Shown here: in pieces, positions 21,751-32,285 of the stretch
Layout: the number at the start of each line of letters is the position of its first letter
Numbering within the stretch: position 1 is the stretch's first letter
NCBI GenBank assembly: GCA_049999805.1
Contig: JBNGIO010006328.1
Location: 332,407 to 364,691, forward strand
Reading direction: 5' to 3'
DNA from: Folioceros fuciformis
Lineage: Eukaryota
DNA: 32,285 nucleotides
Made by a program: the position numbers and the translations under genes
The notes under the pieces: model-generated
The model's database searches: none
The model's input: the letters and a program-made list of their open reading frames with translations, nothing else
What the model was told of the DNA's origin: nothing

Positions 21751-22008
21751 ATGTATATGTACATAACAGTCATAGAAAATGCCTATGTAGTAAGAATGTA
21801 TATGTACATAGCAGTCATAGAAAACGCCTATGTAGTAAGAATGTATATGTACATAACAGTCGTAGAAAACGCCTACGTAGTAAGAATGTATATATATACA
21901 TAGCAGTTGTAGAAAACGCTATGTAGTAAGAATGTATATGTACATAGCAGTCGTAGAAAAGGCCTATGTAGTAAGAATGTATATGTACATAGCAGTCGTC
22001 GACAACGT
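21751..22008. repeat. 45-bp minisatellite, ~5.7 copies
   Basis: Unit atgtatatgtacatagcagtcgtagaaaacgcctatgtagtaaga starting at 21751, 21796, 21841, 21886, 21932 and 21977. Confidence 0.95.
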
Positions 22009-22111
22009 ATGAAAATGAGAAGTCATCCTGGCCGGTCTGTCCAGGTGGTGCCACCCGGACGCCAAGGCTGGTCCTAAGCTTGGCAGCATGCATCGAGCTA
22101 TCTCCTCCTTC

Positions 22112-23973
22112 ATGCGGGGCTCTATACGTAGAAGGCTATTCAGCACACTTGCATCGGGTATGTCGAAGCTTGATTTCTTGGTCGCTTTCGGCCAATGTCA
22201 CTTCTTGCGTCTCTTGCTGCATGCGTTTTTCTGTAGCCGCAGAAAGCATGTCAAACCGTGATGCTCGATCGCAGTAGCTTGAAGCTTGCTGTGATGATCA
22301 AATTGTAACAGCAGGAGCAGATGGTGAAAGGACGACAGATGGAGCCCCGATTTTTATTGGTCGCACGGACAAGGCAGGACGAGGATTGTTTGCCGCTCGA
22401 GATCTAGCTGCACCGCATTTGATTCACTCTTTAGACCCTGTTCTTACTCATCCTAGTCTGGAAGCACTTCACAAGGTGTGGTACTTGAGGAGCGTTGCTG
22501 GTGGCCGGATGAGTGGTTGAAACTTCGTTCCTTATGTGTCTTGGTCTTGGTGTTCAGGTTTGTTATTTTTGTTTGCGGCATGGGAGTGGTGAGAGGCCGT
22601 TGACACCATTTTCAGAGTTGCTGGGACTGGTTGACAGGACGGTAAAGCATGTGGGAACACATGAAGGCCGATCCGTGGACGATGTTGCTACCTTCTGCAG
22701 CCGAGAGTGTGCGACGGCCGCAAAGGTATCCCTTGCATGTTGCGTAGGAGTGGAGTTTGGGATGACAGAAACTGAGCTTCGTCTTAATTGTGCGGATGCT
22801 GTGACAAATGTGCCAGGGCTTCTTTTCTGTCGAGAGGAGAGCTGACTGGTCGGACTTGTTAGAGTACTGCAGGTATTCAGTTGTGAAAGTTCTTTGTAGG
22901 TCTGGGTGACTGCGGTTCTTTTTTGTAATGGTAAGTTTTACCTGTGGCAGTGAACATCACTTGAAGTTCCCGCTGATGGGAAGGCGACTGGCTTGCATGG
23001 TTGTGTCGAAGGAGGTTTCTCCGGATGTACTGAACATGTTGTGTTATGCTAGACTCCCGCATGGCATCCCTCAGTCGGTTAGCAGCCTCGCCCGGCATGC
23101 CTACGTTATGTCATCCCTTATGTTGCAGTCGGTGTGTGTTTCTGTGCTGTTTAAGACTTCATGCTTTCACTGCAGAAGCTTATTTGTTTAGGCCGCTGTT
23201 TGGCCCCAGTGGAAGCATGAAAGTCAACTGCTGCGTGGAGCTTTATCTGCTGGAGGCTTTGCTGAAGCTGTCAGATGTATCCCTCGATCCAGTTTCCACT
23301 GTGAACAGTTTTGCAGCTTCTGGGAAGACTTAATGCTGGAACTGCTTGTGCTTCCTTAATGGTATGCAGTCCTGACAGATGAGTGGTATGCTGGCATTGT
23401 CTCACGACTGCATGTGAACTGTTTCCGGGTGGAAACCCTACATGGTACTGACCTATCGTTGGAAGAAGCCGCTGCAGCCTCCGTAATGCGAGACGGTGGG
23501 GTTGGGTCTGCAGTTTACCTCTTGCCCTCACTCTACAATCACGACTGTGGTAGGCCTGACCTCGTGCCAAGGCTTGCTCTGTGTCTCAACATTTTATAAA
23601 GGCTCTTCACGTCTCTCTTATCCATTTTAACTCTAACCGTTGACTGGTGCTTCCATTTTATGCAGAGCCCAATGTCAATGTTACGTGGTTGGACAACGCG
23701 ACAGCACACTTTCAAACTCAGTGTCCAGTCAAAGCAGGTATCCGTGGAATGTTGTTGAAGGATGTCAAAGACTCCTGCTTGTGCAACGTAGTAGGAACGA
23801 AAGATGTTGCGACACCGTAGATCATGTTCAGAGGCATTTCTCCCATGTCAGGCGAGGAGTTACGCATCTGCTACTTGGACGCAAGCTGGTCGCATGATGC
23901 CCGGAAACAGTTTCTGTTCGAGTCCTACGGTTTCATCTGCGAGTGCTCTCGTTGTTTGCGAGGAGAGGATTAA
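22112..23973 (+). CDS. ATXR4: SET-domain lysine methyltransferase, ATXR4/SDG38-like (SMYD type), 9 exons
   Basis: Exons 22112-22157, 22312-22475, 22558-22725, 22817-22872, 22951-23077, 23210-23276, 23370-23549, 23666-23737 and 23852-23973 splice in frame. Motifs: MRGSIRRRLFSTLAS (presequence-like), AGRGLFAARD, VCYFCL, FCSREC, GSAVYLLPSLYNHDCEPN, GEELRICYLD and post-SET YGFICECSRC. Confidence 0.88.
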
Positions 23974-24542
23974 TGATTTTGATTAATTATTCGTGGAATT
24001 AAGGAGCACGAAGTTGATTAGGACGTACTCTGTAAGTCCTGTTCACCCTACACAAATGTTCTTTCTTCGCCTCGCCCCTCGTTCGTTTCGCTCCATTCCA
24101 CCTTGGCGGGCTGCATTACTTATTTTGCCATGTGCACTGTGTTTCACGCTGTAGCTTATTATCTGTCCGAATCGCCGTGTTCGTTTTTATGATTCCATCG
24201 CTGCATTTTTCCTTCAATTTCACAGGCTACATGTTAAAGGTATCAAGAATGCGCAACTGAAGTTGGCTAGCCAATGGGTAGTGCAGAGGTGTGTGCACTC
24301 TTAACGCCGACGACAACAAGAGGGAGAAACTATACAACGGTTCGCCTACATATCACTAATGTACTTTCACCGAGAAGAATATATGGCATATATATTCAAA
24401 TTATAGATAGAAAAACAACATTCCGACTTCAGCGTCACTCGCTCGGCATCAGCAGTAGACGCGCTAGCGCATCTATAGTACAAGAAAAAGATTGTTTATA
24501 ACTCCAGTCCGTAAGCTCGACAAATGGAGAAAGCGAGCTCTC

Positions 24543-25605
24543 TTAAGCGCCGGGGACGAAGTTGGTGGCGTAGGCCCAGGCATTGTTGACCGTGGGGTCG
24601 GCCAAGTGATCAGACAGGTTCTCAATGGGACCCTTGCCGGTGACAATGGCCTGGAAGTAGAAGCCGAACATCGAGAACATCGCCAGTCTGCCATTCTTGA
24701 GCTCTTTCACCTTCAACTCAGCGAAGGTGTCGGGGTCGTCAGCCAGACCCAAGGGGTCGAATGAGCCGCCGGGGTACAGGGGGTCAGTCACCTCCCCCAA
24801 CGGTCCGCCGGCCACACGGTAGGCCTCGACGGCTCCCATAAGGATCACCTGGGAGGCCCAGATTGCAAGAATGCTCTGGGCGTGGATGAGGCTTGGGTTG
24901 CCGAGGTAGTCCAGGCCTCCCTCAGAGAAGATCTGCGAGCCGGCCTTGAACCACACCGACTCCCCGAAGGTCACGCCGTTCTTGGCCAGCAGCTCGGGTG
25001 TGACGCACCCGAGAGTTCCAAGCATGGCCCAGCGGGCATGGATCACCTCCAGCTCCCGGTTCTTGGCGAAGGTCTCGGGGTCTGCGGACAAGCCCGCACT
25101 GTCCCAGCCGTAGTCGCCGGGGAATTCTCCCTTCAGGTATGAGGGAGTGTCCGCGGAGAAGGGGCCGAGCCACTTGGGACGGTCAGGGCCGTACCTGCAT
25201 GCAACGACATCAAACAATCTAAGATCGGCAAGCCATGACATCTCCTCAACGTCCACAATTCAATCCTCCTTCGACACACAAGATATCCGGTGCGCATCCT
25301 CGATATCCTACTCCAACTTCGTGCGCACCGCTAGACAACAATCAAGATCCGAGAGACGAGGAATCCACTACACATTCTAAACTCCTCACAAGTTCAATCT
25401 GCACTGCATTACGCACAATCCGGATCAAGATTTGAAAAAATTGACGGACAGAACGATACCAGATGCTGGATGGAGTGGATGCGCTCTTCCTCATCTGAAG
25501 CTTGGACTCGCTGCTGCCTGCAGCGCTGAGGATCTCGCTGCGCTGGCGGAAGACGCTCTGCCCGGCCAGGGCAGCGCTGGAGGCGCATGCAGTGGCGGCC
25601 GCCAT
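24543..25605 (-). CDS. LHCB2: Major LHCII chlorophyll a/b-binding protein, Lhcb2-like, 2 exons
   Basis: Exon 1 25605-25460 (transit peptide, then [12 protein letters not shown]), intron 25459-25195, exon 2 25194-24543 ([13 protein letters not shown]...[13 protein letters not shown]...[14 protein letters not shown]...[14 protein letters not shown]). The intron within SIW/YG is the Lhcb2-type position. Confidence 0.95.
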
Positions 25606-26186
25606 GGCTAGCGCTGCGGAGCTGGTCGGGCAGGGAATGATCGATGAGTGCGGGGAAGACGGTGGGATGCTGCGGGCGCCTTTCGGAGATCAATTGCGAG
25701 TGCTTTGTAGAGGCGCCGGGGCTTGGGGAGCAGCAGGGCAACATTGAACCCGGCCTATAGGGGTGTCGCACCGGATACCGTGGGATCGTGCTATCCCAGT
25801 TGGATAACGCGTCACATGGTGCCCGGAGTAAAATTTATCACTTCCATTTCTCCGTCACATATATACCTCGCTTCGACCACTCCCCACCACATACATACAT
25901 ATGTCCATTCATCACAGCAATAAACTACAAAAGGTAAAATTTAACAATACTCAACGGTCTTTCATTACTATAGATCTACGATTTTATTTTCTTCTTTCTT
26001 CATACTGATGAGTTTTATAAAGTTTTCATTTAATGTACATGATCTCGTAGAATTTAATGAGCAAGACTAAGTACCCTAAGTATGAGAACCCTAAAAAAAA
26101 TTATTTGATATATTTTATCTTTTTATTTTAAATATAATTTTACGTAAAAAAATTAATTTAATATTAAATTTAATATTGGTGGTAGG

Positions 26187-26224
26187 TTTAGGGTTTTTAG
26201 GGTTTAGGGTTTTAGGGTTTAGGG
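26187..26224 (+). repeat. Interstitial plant telomere-type repeats (T3-5AGGG x5)
   Basis: tttaggg tttttaggg tttaggg ttttaggg tttaggg; opposite-orientation accctaa motifs near 26073 and 26088. Confidence 0.85.
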
Positions 26225-26630
26225 TGGTGATAAAGATTATTCTTGATCTTCACAACTAGTACTCCCAATGAATGGGACTTTCCATCTCTTTTCAAGAATA
26301 GAAAATAGTTATTTTGGGTGTACCCCAACATCAAGTACCATAACTACATCATTCTTAATCTCCACATGGACTCAAAGACTCATTTTAAGTCTTTGGGCAT
26401 TTCTAACATCAACATCTTTAGCCATAATGTGTTCTTTGGATTGCAAAAAAGACGCAGGTGTTCCTCATGGTCAGAGATTTACATGTATTTTTTGAAAAAG
26501 AACTATTTAGAGGTGGATCTTGGTTTGATTTAGTTCGCATACATAACTGGTTCGAACATGACATTGTAGGCTAATGAGGGGTAAGCTGCCCTATATAACA
26601 TCATCCTACCTTCAGCTTCTCATGTTTTCA

Positions 26631-26772
26631 AGAGTTTGGAAGTTGCAATAGTAGTAGTAGTTTAGAAGTTGCAATAGTANNNNNNNNNNAGTTTGGAAGT
26701 TGCAATAGTAGTAGTAGTTTAGAAGTTGCAATAGTAGTAGTAGTTTGGAAGTTGCAATAGTAGTAGTAGTAG
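26631..26772. repeat. 26-bp minisatellite (gtttggaagttgcaatagtagtagta) with an internal 10-N assembly gap at 26680-26689
   Basis: About 5 visible copies around the gap; the true length is unknown. Confidence 0.9.
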
Positions 26773-28224
26773 CTCAATTTGATCATAAAAGTTCTTTTTT
26801 CATGAGCTTTCTTGTCCAATCAATGCTGCCCTCAAAAGCACCCTTTGCAAGAAGTTCAAGTGCTCTAGTTTGAATTACGCCCCCCTCACCATTGGTTGGG
26901 CAAGCATAGCATTGATAGCTTCTCCCTCATCCCTCAACATTCTTAAGAGTTCTTCTCGCCCAAGTTCCTTCTTGATATAAGGTTTGCTTTTCAAACAATA
27001 CTTGAGAAACAAGAAGCTATTTGGGAGTTATTTGGGAACTAGGCCTTGAGTGCAGAACTAGTCTAACTTGGGGAGGTTTATATGTACTTGCTATGCTGCA
27101 GTCTTATTCTAATAGTTATTATATTTAATAAATTTAAAATTTTAAAAAGTTATAAATATAAACGTTGAACCTTTGTTAAAAAAATATTTCGGCGAAGACC
27201 TGTTGAATCAGCCCTCGGGTACGGTACTCGCGTGACAGGGAATCGGGATGGCCGTTTTTGCCGGATTGCAAGCAGTTAAGCGAGTCGACCTCCGTGCAAT
27301 GAATGACACTCGGCAGATGGACGACGTCACACAATTTGCCACCACCGGTAAACCGTTTGATGGACATCCAATGGGAGACGGCAACTGGGTATCGCCATCT
27401 CCCATTATTGGAATGAGCTTCTCTTCATAGCCTTCGTAGTTTCCTTTGGGTCGGGTGCGCCAGGCAACGCAAAGAGTGCAATACCTAAGCGACGCGCGTG
27501 TAGCCAAGGCAGCAAGCCACCTCATGCGGCTCCACCCCTGAAAGAAATAAGATTGACATCATGTAAGTCAATGGCCTGCGTATCAGATATTAAATTGATG
27601 ACAACAGATACTACACTCAAAGTTAGCCGAAAAGCTGTATTAAACTGATGCCGGCAGGTACTACGCTCAGAGTTAGCCAGAAGATCGAGAGAAGTACGAT
27701 TCCTCTGCGTTCTGCACTGAGGCCTTCTCTCGTTCCGGAGGCGCCGTATGCTCCTCACACAATATGGGTTATATGTCCGTGCACTTGAAACAAACAGCAA
27801 CACTCGGCCGTCTTCTGGAACTTTCCTTCTTCGTCTGCGGCTTCTTGTGCTCCAAGTTGAACAGCCATGGTTTGATTCCGTTCGAGAAGCGGGTTGAGAG
27901 CACGGTTGCCACCTCCTGTGAATGCCTCCACAGAGTTTGTTCGAAAGTTGGAACCCGTTCTCGTTGGACCTTTGTTGTGAACATAAATTCAGCTGTGTTT
28001 CCCAGATGCGGATTTAGATCAGGAGAAGCCACCCCTGGTTGCAGGCACGATGTTCTGAGCGCCCGGATAACACATGTGTGACGTGACCCACAAGAGGGCC
28101 TCGGAGAAAGGCATGGAGGCGGTGCGTGAAAGTGTCGAATTGCCTTCGCAACCTGAGAGTAACTGGAGTAAATGACCTGGTCCTACCTTGCATCCCACTG
28201 ACTGACCCAGCGTGCAATGGCTGT

Positions 28225-31200
28225 ATGGAGTGTGTTAAGAGGTCCTGTGCACCTGAATTTAAAGAGCCTACCTTGGTGGAGGACCGTGGCGAGAAAGCCG
28301 GATCCTCCAAGAGAATGTCCGGCTGGAGACCGATATTCCAGCGACGGTTGTGGGTTCGGCCCCACGAGGGCGTTCGGCTGAATGAGTTGTGCGAGTCAGC
28401 AGGAGCGGATGTGGCGGTCCCTGCTGTTGGGAGGGAGATGTGTGAATCCGTGAGACAGCTATGTCATGAGGGCCGTGCGCACGAGGCTGTTGAGGCTTTA
28501 GGAGTTTTGGTGGAGACAGAATTTTGTGTATCCAAAGCTCTCCTGTATGCTGTTCTGAAGCAATGTGTGGCCGAGAAGGATCTTGTTCTGGGTCGCCGCA
28601 TGCATGCCTTGATGGTCAAACAGGGGTATCAATCGGACACGTTCTTGGGCACCCATGTGCTGCGGATGTATTGTTCCCATGGCAGGTTGCAAGACGCGAT
28701 GGATGTGCTGGGATTGGTAGGGAGACCAGATGCCTTCATGTGGTGTGCCATAATTTCTGCGCATGTTAGACATGGGCAAAACAAGGTCGCTGTAGAGCTC
28801 TATCATCGGATGCGCAGTTCAAATGTGATGGCAGACGGTCATGTGTTTGCGACAGCCCTTCAGGCTTGTGCAAGGGGATGGGACTTGAGATCTGGGCAGC
28901 TGGTGCATGCGGATGTGTTGGCCAACGGTCTTGATACTGATTCGTTCATTTGTACTTGCTTGGTGGACATGTATGCGAAGTGTGGTAGCTTGCAGCATGC
29001 CCAGGTTCTGTTTGATGGACTTGAGCAAAAGAGTGTGGTGACGTGGAGTACCTTGATAGCAGGCTATTCTCAGCATGGCAAGGGACAGGAAGCCCTTCGT
29101 CTTTACAAGGCTATGCAAGATGACGGCATGGTGACACCTGATTCCGTGACATTTGTGTGCCTTCTGCAAGCATGTGCAAGTGTGGGCTCCCCAGCTTTGG
29201 AGAAGGGGAGGGAGCTGCACGCACAAGTACGAGGGCAAGGACTTGAAACTGATTTGTTTGTAGCAAACAGTCTGGTGAACATGTACTCAAAGTGTGGCAG
29301 CTTGCAAGAGGCTCGGGGTGTTTTTGACGCACTTGTTCAAAAGGATGTCGTGACATGGAACGCCATGGTAGCAGCATATTCTCAGCAGGGCATGGCCCTC
29401 GAAGCCTTTCATCTGTACACAGTCATGCAAGAGACATGCGTCACCCTAACTAATTCTGTAACATTTGTGTGTCTGCTGCAAGCATGTGCAAGTCTCGGCT
29501 TGAAAGGCTTGGGGATGGGACAGCAGCTTCATGCACAAATCAGAGAACGAAGACTTGATTCTGACGGGTTAGTTGCCAACGGTTTGGTACACATGTATGC
29601 AAATTGTGGCAGCTTGGAAGCCGCTCGGCGAGTTTTTGACGCATTCGGTGACAGAGATGTGGTAAAGTGGAATACCATGATAGCAGGATATTCCCAGCAG
29701 GGCATGGGCCAGGAAGCCCTTCATCTCTACAGTGTTATGCAAGAAGAAGGCATGGTAGCACCCGATCCCGTGACATTTGTGTCTCTCCTTCAGGCATGTG
29801 CAAGCATGGGCCGCCCAGCTTTGGAGACGGGGAAGCACCTTCATGCACAAATTAAAGAGCAAGGACACGAAACTGTTGCAGCTGTGGGCAATAGTTTGGT
29901 GAATATGTATGCAAAGTGTGGCAGCTTGCAAGATGCCCGCAGAGTGTTTGATGGACTCGTTCACAAGAATGTGGTGACGTGGAATGCTATGTTAGCAGGC
30001 TACTCCCAGCAGGGCATGGGCCACGAAGCCCTTGAACTGTACATGGCTATGCAGGACGAAGGGATCATGACACCCGATTCCGTGACATTTGTATCTCTTC
30101 TGCAGGCGTGTGCGAGCATGGGCCACTCAGGTTTGGAGATTGGGAAGCAGCTCCATGCGAAAATCCGAGAAGGTGGACATGAAACTGACATGCCTGTAGC
30201 CAACAGTGTGGTGAACATGTACGCAAAATGCGGGAGCGTTGAGGACGCTGAGAGAGTGTTTAATGGACTAAGTCACAAGAATGTGGTGACCTGGAATGCC
30301 ATGATAGCGGGGTGTTCCCAGCAGGGCAAGGGTGAGGAAGCCCTTGACCTTTATAGCATCATGCAAGAAGAGGGCCTGGTGCAACCCAATGCTGTGACAT
30401 TTGTGTGCCTCCTGCAGTCGTGTGCAAGTGTGGGGACCCAAGCTTTGGAGAAGGGGAAGCAGCTTCATGAGGAAATCAGAGAACAAGGACATGAGGCTGA
30501 TGTGTTTGTAGCCAACAGCTTGGTAAACATGTATGCCAAGTGTGGCAGCTTAGAAGACGCGCAGAGGGTGTTCGATGAGCTTAGTGAAAAGGATGTGGTG
30601 ACTTGGACTGCTCTAATCGCAGGGTATTCTCAACAAGGACGGGGCCAGGAAGCCCTTGATGTATACAGTGCTATGCAAGACGCCGGCACTGCTGCACCCA
30701 GTTCTCTGACATTTGTGCACCTCCTGCAGGCATGTGCAACTGTGGGCACGCCAGCATTAGAGATTGGGAAGCAGCTTCATGTGCAGATTAGGGAACAGGG
30801 ATGCCAAGCTGAGATGTTTGTGGCCAACAGTTTGGTGAACATGTATGCAAAATGTGGGAGCTTAGACGACGCACAGCGTGTGTTTGACGGACTTAGTGAG
30901 AAAGACGTTGTGACTTGGACCGCCCTAATTTCAGGGTACTTCCAGCAGGGCATGGGGCAGGAAGCCCTCCGCCTCTACGGCACCATGCAAGAAATCGGCA
31001 TCGCCGTACCAAACAGTGTGACATTTGTGTGCCTTCTCCATGCATGTGCGAATGTTGCAGCGCTGCATCTCGGCAGGCAGCTACACGCACAGATCGAAGA
31101 ACAAGGACTCCACTTGGATCCATTCCTAGCCTGCAGTCTGATAAACATGTACGGGAAGACTGGGAGCCTGGTCGAGGCGCAGGAATTATTTGATGCGTTG

Positions 31201-31800
31201 CCCGAGAGAGACATCATCGCGTGGAGTGCACTGATTGCAGGCTACGCGTGTCAAGGAGACAGTGAGGTCGTCTTCGACTTGGTCCAGAGAATGGAAGAGG
31301 ACGGCGTACGGCCTACTGACCTAACCTTTCTCAGTGTGCTGGTAGTATGCAGTCACGCAGGCCTGGTGAACAAGGGGAAAGAGCACTTCGAAGCTATGAG
31401 GTACCTCTACGGCATCGCTCCAAGACCGGAGCACTACAGCTGCATGGTGGATCTCTTGGGCCGTGCAGGCCACCTGGAGGAGGCAATAGCTTTTGTCAGG
31501 ACGATGCCTGTCCTGCCTTCGGCTGCAGAATGGCACACAGTCTTATCTGCCTGTCGGAAGTGGAGTAACGTGGAGCTGGGACTGCATGCTTTCCACCAAG
31601 CAGTGAAGCTGGACAACAGAGATGCCGCTGCTTACGTGTTGATGGCAAACATATACAAGAGTGCCAAGATGTGGGAGCAAGCACACCAGATGGAGGCCAG
31701 GAGACTAACAATGCGGGCCTGGAAGCAAGCTGGGCAGAGCTGGTGGACAGACACGGACGGACAGGTGCATAGTTTTTTGGTTGGAGATGAGAAGCATTAG
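28225..31800 (+). CDS. Intronless PLS-class PPR protein, ~30 motifs + E1-E2 + truncated WW-type E+ (no deaminase domain)
   Basis: The frame is open from 28126; the first ATGs are at 28225 and 28315. Ten P-L-S triplets, with a 312-nt period in the core (MYAKCG-type motif at 29593, 29905, 30217, 30529, 30841) and 37-aa L motifs. It ends P2-L2-S2, E1 (AAEWHTVLSAC), E2, then KQAGQSWWTDTDGQVHSFLVGDEKH*. Confidence 0.95.
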   Translation: MECVKRSCAPEFKEPTLVEDRGEKAGSSKRMSGWRPIFQRRLWVRPHEGVRLNELCESAGADVAVPAVGREMCESVRQLCHEGRAHEAVEALGVLVETEFCVSKALLYAVLKQCVAEKDLVLGRRMHALMVKQGYQSDTFLGTHVLRMYCSHGRLQDAMDVLGLVGRPDAFMWCAIISAHVRHGQNKVAVELYHRMRSSNVMADGHVFATALQACARGWDLRSGQLVHADVLANGLDTDSFICTCLVDMYAKCGSLQHAQVLFDGLEQKSVVTWSTLIAGYSQHGKGQEALRLYKAMQDDGMVTPDSVTFVCLLQACASVGSPALEKGRELHAQVRGQGLETDLFVANSLVNMYSKCGSLQEARGVFDALVQKDVVTWNAMVAAYSQQGMALEAFHLYTVMQETCVTLTNSVTFVCLLQACASLGLKGLGMGQQLHAQIRERRLDSDGLVANGLVHMYANCGSLEAARRVFDAFGDRDVVKWNTMIAGYSQQGMGQEALHLYSVMQEEGMVAPDPVTFVSLLQACASMGRPALETGKHLHAQIKEQGHETVAAVGNSLVNMYAKCGSLQDARRVFDGLVHKNVVTWNAMLAGYSQQGMGHEALELYMAMQDEGIMTPDSVTFVSLLQACASMGHSGLEIGKQLHAKIREGGHETDMPVANSVVNMYAKCGSVEDAERVFNGLSHKNVVTWNAMIAGCSQQGKGEEALDLYSIMQEEGLVQPNAVTFVCLLQSCASVGTQALEKGKQLHEEIREQGHEADVFVANSLVNMYAKCGSLEDAQRVFDELSEKDVVTWTALIAGYSQQGRGQEALDVYSAMQDAGTAAPSSLTFVHLLQACATVGTPALEIGKQLHVQIREQGCQAEMFVANSLVNMYAKCGSLDDAQRVFDGLSEKDVVTWTALISGYFQQGMGQEALRLYGTMQEIGIAVPNSVTFVCLLHACANVAALHLGRQLHAQIEEQGLHLDPFLACSLINMYGKTGSLVEAQELFDALPERDIIAWSALIAGYACQGDSEVVFDLVQRMEEDGVRPTDLTFLSVLVVCSHAGLVNKGKEHFEAMRYLYGIAPRPEHYSCMVDLLGRAGHLEEAIAFVRTMPVLPSAAEWHTVLSACRKWSNVELGLHAFHQAVKLDNRDAAAYVLMANIYKSAKMWEQAHQMEARRLTMRAWKQAGQSWWTDTDGQVHSFLVGDEKH

Positions 31801-32285
31801 CTTGAAAGCAGGATCCGACACTTTTTTTTTCTTTTTTTTCCTCTTCTTTTCCCCCCTGCCTCGAAATCTTCATATGTTCATATGCACAAGACTCAACTAT
31901 GAATGATAGTCTTCAGTATTTATTACATCTTTAAATCTAATTTATCTAATTTATGATGCAGTATGGGACACAAAAAATCACTCAGCTGTGCAAAGTGGTT
32001 TCGCAAAGACGAGTGATTTGAATTTCTTGTTCTTGTTTTATCATCATCAATGCTTCTAGCTCTACAAGTAATTTCTGCAAAAAATATAATTTAACAACCT
32101 TATATTTAGAGAACTTAACAATTTATGATAATAAAAATTTACAAATTTTAATAATCATTATGAAACTATACCTCAAGTTCCTCATGTTTATCTGCAATTT
32201 GACATTTTTGATCATGAAGTTTCTGCTTTCTTCTTTCTATTTCTCTTAAGAATAAATTTTTAGTACCTATAGCCTGCATTTTTGC

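Noticed and set aside
21751-22008. Possible CRISPR-like array
   Set aside because: Head-to-tail repeats with no unique spacers, no cas genes and a eukaryotic context.
24543-25256. Lhcb starting at MDVEEMSW (ORF track)
   Set aside because: That N-terminus is intron sequence; the real exon 1 is 25605-25460.
25740-25810. Lhcb promoter TATA-like (cctatagg) and GATA/I-box-like motifs
   Set aside because: Short motifs that are plausible by position but not distinguishable from chance without TSS data.
27176-28125. Several 60-105-aa ORFs upstream of the long PPR gene
   Set aside because: No recognisable domains or consistent splice pattern; treated as intergenic or 5' region.

Overview
Eukaryotic nuclear DNA from a compact, gene-dense, seed-free land plant with short GT-AG introns. 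A hornwort (Anthoceros-like) is the most likely source, inferred from a DYW:KP/GRP-type and a WW-type PPR editing factor with 37-aa L motifs. Left to right: (1) a minus-strand PLS-class PPR gene running off the window start; (2) a 24-exon, ~1,880-aa four-domain Cav/Nav-type channel whose filter ring reads A-E-D-D; (3) an intronless, probably plastid-targeted membrane protein; (4) a divergent COI1-like F-box/LRR gene crossing an assembly gap; (5) an EBS7-like ERAD gene; (6) a decayed PPR-DYW:KP (GRP-type, U-to-C editing family) pseudogene; (7) an AT-rich island holding a cluster of tRNA-like genes (tRNA-Asp-type body, intact A/B boxes, perfect acceptor and T stems, anticodon arm doubled to 34-36 nt), a LINE fragment and a 45-bp minisatellite; (8) an ATXR4-like SET gene; (9) an Lhcb2-like gene; (10) interstitial telomere repeats and a 26-bp minisatellite; (11) an intronless 30-motif PLS-E+ (WW-type) PPR gene. 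The most novel-looking items are the tRNA-like cluster, the channel filter and the altered COI1 pocket. Exon boundaries were read by hand and family assignments come from recalled motifs; no searches were run.
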